Assembly: GCA_951406725.2 (NCBI GenBank)
Contig: OX597831.1
Location: forward strand, 50,964,001 to 51,028,000
Direction of reading: 5' to 3'
Length of the DNA stretch: 64,000 nt
From: Octopus vulgaris
Lineage: Eukaryota
The notes under the pieces were generated by a model. The model worked only from the letters and a program-made list of their open reading frames with translations, did no database searches and was not told where the DNA came from. Below, in pieces: positions 53,996-64,000 of this stretch. The stretch's first letter is position 1. Each line of letters starts with the position of its first letter. The translations under genes were made by a program, and so were the position numbers.

Positions 53996-54302
53996 AATTG
54001 CAGCGTGGAAGGTGTTTGTAAGCCATTTAAGAAACACACAAAAGCCGTTCGATTCACTTCAACATTTAAGTTTAATTTGTCCTGCTGCATCTGTCAGATG
54101 CAGCACGGATTTTTGTCAGTGAACAGGTCGCGGATTTTAGCAACGAAAATATTTTGACAAGTTAAACTTAAATGTTGAAGTGAATAGAACGGCTTTTGCG
54201 TGTTTCTTAAATGGCTTACAAACACCTTCCACGCTGCAATTGTTTTCGTTTCAGCACACGATCTCAGATCAAATCACTTGCTATGCGAGTACATCTCCGT
54301 AA
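53992..54302 (+). mobile_element. Asymmetric palindromic insert in (TA)n with central hammerhead
   Basis: Arms 53992-54081 and 54156-54245, ~57 nt extension to 54302, (TA)n on both sides. Confidence 0.85.
54113..54160 (+). ncRNA. Hammerhead motif, G3-C8 core variant
   Basis: TTGTCA GTGAACA G GTCGC ggatttta GCAAC GAAA ATAT TT TGACAA; 6-bp stem I, palindromic AATATT stem III, one stem II mismatch. Confidence 0.72.
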
Positions 54303-54574
54303 TATATATATATATATAATACAAAATGGAACAAGAACGCAAAACATCCGGACAGCTAGGTGATACAAAAAGGAACAACAAAACATCCAGATAGACCATA
54401 CAAAGAAAACAAGGACGGGTCATTCGAAGTTATCTTTCTTCAGTCAAACACCAGATTATCCTCGCAATTTCGGCTGATTATTCTTGAGATTGCTCCAATC
54501 TGGCCAGCCCCAAGGAAAAACTAAGCTAAGAGCATTAGATTCCTTGGAAGAAAGCAGCGAATGTATACAAAAAC

Positions 54575-54664
54575 AATAAACACTCACAACCAGGTCTGAG
54601 AATCAAAACCGCGATCCTACAACCGCGAGTCCGCTATCCTAACCATTGGGCCATTGCGCCTCCA
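54575..54664 (-). mobile_element. SINE family C head fragment
   Basis: ACCGCGAGTCCGCTATCCTAACCATTGGGCCATTGCGCCTCCA. Confidence 0.85.
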
Positions 54665-54734
54665 CAATATCAAGTGGTATAGCATGCATAAATAACCATC
54701 AAGGTAATACTATAAGGTAAAAAAAAAAACTATT

Positions 54735-55523
54735 AATTAATAATTAGGGGTGCCACAAGTGGCACCAGCACGCGAAAATAGCAGCCAGGAGATAACTACA
54801 ACCACGAATTTTCACTAATACACATTAATTGAAATCGGGGGAATGAGCAGAAATTCTAAGCCCCCCGTACAAATAACGAAAAGAATCGTAAATTGATGAT
54901 CTTTTCTATTCTGAAGCCAGTTTTTTCAAATTTTTCCTACTGAACCAAACAATTTGAAACTTCGTATACTGGTAGAATGTGTCAAAAGTAAACTTAATTG
55001 TAAACCAGAATGAAAACGGAATTGTAACTTCTAAGTTTAACGTTGTTTAATAATTAGAATTTTAACCAATGATATTCCGTCATTCGGCTTTATTTTATTT
55101 ACTCCGTCTCGACCACCAATTTCGTGACGTATTAAACATCTTAAATGTAAACAAGCTATAGTCAGCCACCTTCTAATAACAAAAGTTTGTCTTTGAAGTT
55201 ACCGTCTAGGGGAAGCATTGATGTACATGTGTGTGTGTGTGTGTTTGATGGGGTGTGGGAGACAGTATGTTGTGTAAGTGAAGTGCTTCTGTTAGTGTGT
55301 GTGAAGAGACAGAGAGAGTAATGTGTGAAAGAGAGAGATAACTGAAATTTTTTACTCGGTGTATGTGTATATGCCTGAATGTATGTGTGTATGTATCTGT
55401 GTATGTGTATGTATGTATGTATGTATGGCCGATTCAATGTAATTTTTTACACATACTTACACACACACACACACATACATACACACACACATGCAGACAT
55501 ACATATACACATACACCGAGTAA

Positions 55524-55578
<55 letters not shown>

Positions 55579-56390
55579 TTTATAAAAATATGGTAAAGTA
55601 AAAAAATTACTTAACCACACACCGAGCTTTTTAGAAATAGCAGCCAAAAATTTCTCAACTGCAAGAAAAAGTCTCCCAGACAATGCATACTCAGAAATAA
55701 TTCACATACGTATAAGAGAAAAACAACGAAAAATCACATGGATTCTCCGATATATGTTATAAAAATATGGATTCTCCGATATAATTTATAAAAATATGGT
55801 AAAGTAAAAACATTACTTTACCACACACAAAGCTTTTTAGAAATAGCAGACGTCACAAAACTGCTTTCAACGTCACACTAACAGATCGCAGTAACGTTTT
55901 AGATATGAAAACAAGCAATCTCATTGGTTAAAATTCGCAGTTTTAATCTACGATTAAAGTCATAAAATAGATTTTTCTCAAATAAACTAGTTCCAACTGG
56001 CGAATAAACTAGTTCCACTCTATGAGTACACAAAGTTTCAAATTATTTAGTTAACTAGAAAGATCTGGGGTCCTGGCCACAAATTTGAAAAGATCCTAAA
56101 TTGATATTATTGTAAGCATTAATAACCTTATATATATTTTTATAATTTATTATTCACTTCGATCACCTTTATAAATTTTCCGCGGCATTAAAAACAGTCA
56201 TCGCGCACTCTGTTGAGATGGGCAGTTTCTATGACCCTCGGGTCAGTAAGACCCGCTGAGGATAACTAAGGGACATTTTCCCAAAGTTTGAAACCGTGTC
56301 TGGCTTTGCAATTTACTATTCTTTTCGCTATTGATGCGGGGGCTATTTTTAGCGTGCTCGTGCAACTTGTAGTATGCTCTATTAATGCCG
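54735..56390. mobile_element. Old diverged foldback/MITE related to the 46.4-47.1 kb family
   Basis: ACAAGTGGCACCAGCACGCGAAAATAGC mirrored by GCTATTTTTAGCGTGCTCGTGCAACTTGT; internal TTTGAAACTTCGTATACTGGT and TTTTAACCAAT are mirrored. Confidence 0.55.
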
Positions 56391-56671
56391 TTTATTAAAT
56401 TTACGTTTGAACGAATTTCAATTACAATTTCATTTGCCTTATCAATGATTTGGTTTGTTTATTTTTCTTCATTTTCGGTTTTATTGTTGTTGTGCTTGTT
56501 TTGTTTTTTGCTTTGCTTTTTGGCATCTGGTTTTTGTTTTGTTTTTGTTTTCGTTTCTTATTATTATAAACTCTAATTGGAACTGAATTGAGCTGTACTT
56601 CTTGGCGCAGAGGATTTCTTCAGCACTTTTTTCTTTCCTTTTTCCTTCTTTTAAATTTTAATTAGTACTAG

Positions 56672-57300
56672 ACACAGGCATGACTGTGTGGTTAAGAATC
56701 TCGCTTTGCAGCCACGTAGTTTCTGGTTCAATTCCCCTGTGCGGCATTTTTTGTAAATGCGTTCAACTATAAGCTCCCGGCCGACCAGTGCCTTGTAAGT
56801 GAACTTGCAAGACAGAAACTTGAGTGGTGAGCTGGCAGAAATGTTAGCACGCCGGGCGAAATGCTTAGCAGTATTTCGTCTGCCGCTACGTTCTGAGTTC
56901 AAATTTCGCCGAGGTCGACTTTGCCTTTCATCTTTCGGGACGGATTAAATAAGTACCAGTTACGCACTAAGGTCGATATAATCGACTTAATCCGTTTGTC
57001 TCCTCTGTGTGTAGCCCCTTGTGGGCAGTAAAGAAATAAGAAACTTGTGTGCGTGTGTGTGTGTGTGTGTGAGAGAGAGAGAATGTGTGTGTGTTTGTGC
57101 TTTCCCTCGCCATCGCTTTGACAATAGGTAATAGATTGTTTACATTCACATAAATTATGAATTAGGAAAAGAGACCAATAGAATAAGTATCAGTCTTAAA
57201 AAAAGGAAGTGCCTGGATCGATCTGTTCAACTCAAGTCCCCCAAGGTGGTACCTCAGCATGGCTGCAGTCCAATGACTGAAACAAATAGATTATAAAAGA
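56672..57300 (+). mobile_element. Old SINE A interrupted by a young SINE B (56822-57040)
   Basis: A head up to AGAAACTTG, complete B, then AGAAACTTG again (TSD) and the A body and tail. Confidence 0.85.
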
Positions 57301-57353
57301 GAGTAATCGTCGATAGACGGTGGACTAGTGAAGCTGTGAGAGTGTTGGGTATA

Positions 57354-57570
57354 CAAGGAAGTGCTGAAAAGTTCCTGGTTTTGGGTAAAAGAAAATACAG
57401 GAGAATCAGTTAATTATGATTTTATTCAACAGATTCCCCTCTCAGATTCATACACCTATTGCAGCGGTCCTTAAATTTTTCTAAGCCTTATAAAGGAACT
57501 CGGAAGTTTGGGCCTCCAACCAGGCCTTTCGTGACACCCTTAAAGCCAGGAACTTTTCAGCACCCCTTCG
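57354..57570. mobile_element. Mariner-derived MITE
   Basis: TA|CAAGGAAGTGCTGAAAAGTTCCTGG ... CCAGGAACTTTTCAGCACCCCTTCG|TA. Confidence 0.9.
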
Positions 57571-57910
57571 TATAATGCTTTGCTTTTCTTTTTTTTTCCT
57601 GTCTATTCGTAAAGCTATATCCCGTCGTGGTCGATTTTGAGTTTCACATTCCGGAACTGATAAACTGAATACCAGTCATGTACAGAGGGCGAGTAGTTTT
57701 TTTTTCTCATAATCGATTTTGTTGTGCAGCATGAAGGTTGGAGGGACAAAGCTCACGCCGTCTCTTTCTCCAAAAATAAACAAAGGTTGAACAATGGGCT
57801 GGCAACCTTCTCACCTAGAAAAACTAATACTGTACTAGGATCATTCCAGGACGGCTTAATGGAACGGAAGTTGAGAAAAACAAAAGAATTACATATACGA
57901 AAAAACATAG

Positions 57911-58208
57911 AATTCCTATTTTGTTGTATCTGGGGAGAGTCATACTGCCTTAATACCTCATTATCTAACACACTCACCGGTTCGATTTCTATTCATTTAT
58001 TATTTATATTTTTTCTTGAAAAATTTTCGTTGCTTTTGCAAACCTTGTCAATGGATGTTGATTTCCATTGACATCGATTGGCAAGGTTACAAAAGCAACG
58101 AAAATTTTGGAAGAAAAAATATAAATAAATGAGTGGAAATTGAATCGGTGAGTGTGTTACATATTAAAGCATTAAGACAGTATTACTCTCTTCAGACAAC
58201 AGAATTTG
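57911..58208. mobile_element. Palindromic insert with two mirror-image hammerhead motifs (U3-A8 variant)
   Basis: Arms ~57911-58055 and 58064-58208; the consensus of both arms is TCCA TTGACAA G GTTGC aaaa GCAAC GAAA AT TT TGGA. Confidence 0.75.
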
Positions 58209-58959
58209 TTTTAACACACGAATTCACATAAAGAATCTTGCAAACTAGATGCAAAACCGATGCTTTTTATAAACCATAAAGGTTTTTTACATAGAGGGGA
58301 CATTACAATACATTGGGGACACAAAACATCAAAACTTAAAATTAAAACATAAGCGTATGATAGAGATGAAAAAGGGTGAAAATGAGAAATGAAAGTGATG
58401 TTAACTGCCCCAGCAGTCAGCATCACTTACTTGTCCTCTTTCCTATATCAACGAAAAAATCACATAGTCCCCTAGATTTACCCCATATATTTTCTCAAGT
58501 TCGTCCCTCCTTTCATGTTTCAACCTTCCCCTTATTAACAAATACACGTTCTTTTTCAAGCTCCGTCACCTGATTCCATGCCCTCATTCCAGCTATCTGG
58601 CTATTCGACTTTTGCCCAATCCTTTAAAATTTCAAATACATCCTCATCGTCAATAATTCCTACGCAATGTTCTACTGGACGGGACTTTTGTGATTTAATC
58701 TGTGTGCTTGTCTTCAACTAGATACAAAACCGAAATAGAATTCCTAGTTTCGGTGTTTTTATTTTTGCTTTTTTTTTTATGTATTTACTGAGTTTACCAG
58801 AACAGATATTCAAGCTAGCAAATAAACATGATGGACGTCATAAGAATTTACATACTTCGACAGAATGCGAAATAATTGTTTGTTTATTTTCTTTTGTTTT
58901 TTTTTGCGTTTTTTTTTTAACTGTGGATTTCGAAGTAGAAAGCAGATAAAGCTATAAAT

Positions 58960-59175
58960 AACGGTTTCAAATTTGGGGGCAAGGCCAGCAATTTTGGAGG
59001 GTAGGGTAGGTCGATTACATCAACCCCAGTACTTGACAGGTGCTTAATCTATCGGCCCCGAAAGGATGAGAGGCAAAGTGGACTTCGGCGGAATTTGAAA
59101 TCAGAACATTGAGCCGGATGAAATGTCGCTAAGCATTTTGACCGGCGTGCTAACGATTCTGCCAGCTTGATGCCT
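58960..59175 (-). mobile_element. SINE family B
   Basis: Reverse complement match; TSD-like TAAAGCTATAAA on both sides. Confidence 0.88.
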
Positions 59176-60333
59176 TTAAAGCTATAAACAATAACGTGTA
59201 ATTCGGCATTTTCTAACAACAGGGTTTTTTAACACAATATTTACCCGCTATTTTTTATAACTCTATCTGCTGCTTCGAGATCCGCCGTCCTAAAAAAATG
59301 AATTATGATAAAAACAGTGGCTTCTGATTTTTTTGTGGTTGGATATTTTAGCTGAAGAATTATGCAGAATGTAAACGGATCCCCAAATAGAAAAAAAAGG
59401 AATAACTTTATGGCTGTTTCGTTTTTAGCTAATATTGAATTCCAACACTCTGACTTGTTAATGGGAACTAGCAATGTGTCTGTTACATGAAGGTCCTGCA
59501 AATAGATGATCCATTTAGGAGCCATCTTCGTCTAAATAAATAATCTAAGACAAGATGCTATAAATTGTTTTTCCTCCATCGCCCTGGAAAAATCACATTC
59601 TCTCTTTTTCTCTCTCTTTCTCTTTTCTCTCTCTCTTCTCTCTCTCTCCATCCCCCCTCTCCCCCTCTCTCTCTCTGTCTTCTTTTCTCTCTAGTTTATC
59701 ACATTGCTGTAAATAAACACCATGAGAAACATTGTTCACTGCATAAACTCGAAGAACATTGAGTAATGAGTAAAAGCATCATTAGCTTGCAATGTCGGAC
59801 TACAATGCAATCATTGATTACATCTGAGACTAATTTTCTTGGCTTACATCTTTGTTTTCTGTTATATCTATTTCAGATTCCAGTCCCTCGCCAATTTACT
59901 TAGAAAGTCATAAGTTTCCAATTTCATAAATCCTTCAATTGCCTAGAAATTCTAGAATCCCTACTAATCAGAGCAATATAACATGCTCGATTTCTACCAA
60001 TAGCTTAATGTTGGATGACAGATTGTAGTCAATTAAATCGAGCTCCTAAACCAAGTATCTAAAAGATAAAATATTTTGTCAACCTCGAAGGAATGGAAAA
60101 GCAACAACGACTCTGGAGGAATTTGAACTCAGGACGTAAAGAAACGAGGTCAGAAACAGTAAATTAGTTATTTTCGTCGCTCAAAAATTTGCTTAAGATC
60201 CTCCCCCTCCCCCAAAGCAAATATAAACTTTAGGGTTTAAATAAGCAGCTCAATTCGATTTAACATATACTGAAGCAAATTAGAGGTTATAAGGGGGGAG
60301 AAACAACAAAAATAACAAAAACAAAATCAGTTA

Positions 60334-60612
60334 GAGGTCCACAGCTCTTCAATATCCTCCCGAAGGACCTGAGAGACCTGCATGGGGTGGATGTAGGTGT
60401 CTTCAAAATAAAGCTCGACCTCTTCCTGTCAAGTGTCCCAGATGAACCAACTTCGCGGCAAGAGGTGCAGATGAGGGCAGCTGCATCAAATTCTCTCATG
60501 CACCAAATGTCAATTCCTAAAAAGCATTCATGAAGTAAAATTATGTAGCAACACCAAATGGCGGTGCCCCAGCATGGCCAAAGCTCGTGAGCTGAAGCTA
60601 GATAAAATATAA
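60334..60612 (+). mobile_element. CR1-like LINE 3' end (same family as 52.9-53.9 kb)
   Basis: RGPQLFNILPKDLRDLHGVDVGVFKIKLDLFLSSVPDEPT followed by the 3' UTR GGCGGTGCCCCAGCATGGCC. Confidence 0.9.
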
Positions 60613-60649
60613 AATTTTTTAAATATATAAAATATATTTCTTGTATAGA

Positions 60650-62510
60650 CAAAAGTCCTCGCTTATAAGGGGTAGAGGTTACAGCTAAATGAATCTATCC
60701 CCAGTACTTGGCTAATGGCCTTTTATCGACCGCCGAAAAATGAAAGATGGAATGTAAATTAAGAACTTAAAGAGAGGTAACTAAATACTGCAATTCATTT
60801 TGCCTAATTTCCGACTGATCCTACCAATCCGTCGCCATGACAATAGTTTAATAATTGTTTCAAATTTTGGCACAAGGCTAATAATTTTAACGAGTGATGG
60901 TTGGTCGAATACATCGAACCAGTACTTGATTGCTATTTATTTTAACGAGCCTGAAAGGATGAAAGCTAACCCCGGCGGGATTTGAACTCAGAACGTTCAA
61001 AGCTAGGAGAAATGCTGTTGAGCATTTTTCACGACGACCTAACGATTCTGCCAGCTCGCCACCAATGATTTCTATCTAGAGGTTAGTGAAGGGTTAGTCG
61101 ATCAAATCGACTTCATTGCATGACTGATACTTTATTTTATTGACCCGATATGATGTAAAGGCAGAATCGACCTCAGCAAGATTTGAACTCGGAACAAATG
61201 CTACAAAGCATTTTGTCCGACGCTTTGTTAGTTTTGCTAACCCACTGCCTTGCAATATCGGCTTAATGATTGTTTGTAGCTTAGGCACAAGGCCTGAAAT
61301 TTGGAGGGAGAGCGATAGCCGGTACTATCAATCCAGTTTTTAACTGGTACTTTATTTTACCGACCTCGAAACGATGCAAGAAAAAACTCACTTTGATAGG
61401 ATTTGAACTCAGAATATACAGAGCTGGAATAAATACTGCAAAGCTTTTTTCCGATGCTTTTGAGATTGGGTCGACCAACCGCCGTAATTGTTTGCAACAT
61501 AAACACAAAATCTGAAACTTGTGAGGAAGGTTTAACAGGTTGAATCTGCCCAGTATTTGACAGGTGGTTTGAATTATCTACCTTGGATAGAAAAAAAAAG
61601 CAAGAATGATTTCGACGGGATTTGAATTGAAATAAAATGCTGCTTTGAAAATTTGACACAAGTCCAACAATTTCAAAGGAGTGGGCAAGTCGATTACATC
61701 GACACCAATGCTCAATTGGTTGTAATGTTATCGACTCCGAAAGGATAATAGGCAAAGCTGACCCCGGCGAAATTTGAACCCAAACGTATTGACGGACGAA
61801 ATGTCGCTAAGCATTTTGCAGTAACAATTCTGCCAACTCACCACCTTCAAATCCAGATCAAATATCGGTTCCGAATTTTGACACATGGCCGGCAGGTTTG
61901 GGGGATAGGATAAGGTAAGTCCATTACATCGTCCACAGTGCTCAACTAGTACTAATTTTGAAAGGCAAAGTCGACCCCGATAAAATTTGAACTCAGAATG
62001 TAAAAACGGACGAAAAGCCGCTACGCATTTTGCCTGGCGTGACTAAGATCAAATATTCGATCACTTGAATAGTTTTGCCAACTCACTGTCTCACGATATT
62101 TACTAAATAATAATCTCTAATATAGGCATAAGGCTTGTAGCTTGGAAGGAAGGCATTTAATCGTTGCCATCGACTCTCCAGTTTTTGACTGGTACTTCAT
62201 TTTATCGACCCCGAAAGGATGAAGGGCAAAGATGACCTCGACAGGATTTCAGCTCAGAAAGTAAAGGGTCAGAAAATACGCTGCTAGGCATTTTGTCCAA
62301 CGCGATAATTCTCCTCCTGGTCTCCACCTTAAGGAATTGCTTAATGATTTCTAATTTAGGCACAAGGCCCGCCGTTTTGAGAGGAGGGATTTAATCGATG
62401 CCACTGACTCCAGTTCTTGGATGATAGTTTAAATTATCGACCCCGAAAGAATGAAAAACGAAGTTGACGTCGTTGGGACTAGAGCTCAGAATATGTATTT
62501 CAGCGCATTT
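60650..62510 (-). mobile_element. Array of about 8 old, same-orientation SINE B copies
   Basis: Recurrent GGCACAAGGC...TCGAC...GAAAGGATGAA...ATTTGAACTCAGAA units about every 200-250 bp. Confidence 0.82.
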
Positions 62511-64000
62511 TGTCAGATAAGTGCTCAATAATAAAAATTAAGGGAATTCTGGAATGTAATTTCATCTGATTGGATTTTCTGGAAAGGAAAGTAACACGTT
62601 TATAATGTAATTTTGATTTGAAATTGTTTGAAATTGCTCTTAAAGCTTACAGTCAGTATTGGGTGTCGTTGGTGGTACCGTAAATTCTAATATCTATAGA
62701 TTTCCATTATCTATTATGTCTCTCACAAAGAGGAGAAATCGATCGATTAATAGAAGCGATTAGAATGAAATACAACGAAAGTTTTTAAGTTAATATTGAC
62801 GTATTTAATGCAGCGGACAGAAGAAATCATATTGGAAAGACTTATGTGATGAGAAAATGACAATATTAGCTCAATGACTTGACATTACGTTAAGCTGTTC
62901 AGGAGTGTACGGGTGAAAACTCTTCACATGTTTTGTTATTACACCTTCTCAGCGTATGTATGAGAGAGAGAAAAGAAAACGGTTGATCAATAGAGGAGTT
63001 TATTTAGAACGACAGGCTACTAAACTTCTTCAGTCAATGTTGTCATATTTAATGCAGTGAACAACAGAAATCAAATTAGGAATATTTGTGATGGGGAAAT
63101 AGAGAACCTTATTTCAATAGCTGATGTTACTTTAAACAGTTTCCGGATGTACGGGAAGAAAACTCAGGAATGTTTCGGTCTTATCAGAGATCCTCAGCAT
63201 ATTATAGACTTCACTGTACTTGCCAAATTAATGGCGAGAAAATAAGGAAATGGACATACAATGTTGTATACAAGTAAGCTTGTAAAATTAGCATATAAAT
63301 AGTAGCATAGATGTATGTGTATGTGCGTGAATGTATGCACACACACACACAGAAACACACTTGTGAGTGTGTGTGTGTGTGTGTGTGTGTGCGTGTGTAT
63401 AGGGTTGTTAGACAAATTCGTTAGTTTTACCCTACATTTGTTTATTTGAATTCTTTCTAATATTATTTGAATTAACACGAAAAATATTTTTATCGAATTG
63501 TTGTAATGTTTTAAGCTTTTTAATGCTTTATTCTTTCGGGTAACTCATACACCTCAATTTTTTGTGTACTCATAGCTTTCAGAATAATAGTTGTCTTTTT
63601 TTTTTATGAAATTTTCTACAAGAAACTTTCAGCTGGTTTAGATTACATTCATATAAATATTTAATGAGAAACAAAATGAGCTGGAACCGGATATTTCATA
63701 CATCTCGGCTTTGTTTTTTCGTTGCTTTTGATTATTTAATCACAAAAATGTTGGGAAAAAATTACTTTTGCGACCAATGTGATCCCTGCTATTTCTTGCA
63801 TACTAAACGACCACATAGGAGAAGGATCACCTTTGAGTTTGTTTAAAAGTGAGAGATTAAGATTGCAATAAAATAACGAAAAATATGCATTCGCTAATTA
63901 ATGTTAGCATTGTACTGCTCTTTCTACAAAGATTTCAGAGAATTTCCGGGAAAGAGTGGAATAGTCCTAAAAAAATCGATTTTCCTAAAAGTTAAGACAA

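Noticed and set aside
60650-62510. CRISPR-like regular repeats
   Set aside because: Units are ~200 bp diverged SINE copies in a eukaryotic context with no cas genes.

Overview
AT-rich, microsatellite-dense eukaryotic DNA made almost entirely of repeats. The SINE repertoire and (TA)n/(CA)n/(GATA)n/(ATT)n density point to a coleoid cephalopod, probably Octopus (inference). No intact host gene is visible, and nearly all listed ORFs are microsatellite translations. Supported content: about 40 copies of four tRNA-headed SINE families, decayed mariner, Helitron, CR1-like, R4/Dong-like and Penelope-like (PLE, GIY-YIG) remnants, and several MITEs/foldbacks. The main signal is that at least nine sequence-unrelated loci carry minimal type I hammerhead ribozyme (HHR) motifs, mostly in short asymmetric palindromic inserts next to microsatellites. 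Their cores vary at the tertiary 3-8 pair in a compensatory way (C3-G8, U3-A8, G3-C8). One family is a head-to-head palindrome of a tRNA-headed element ending in a hammerhead tail (36.0-36.9 kb), a candidate Pol III, PLE-mobilised ribozyme SINE. All calls were made by eye; coordinates of decayed elements are approximate.
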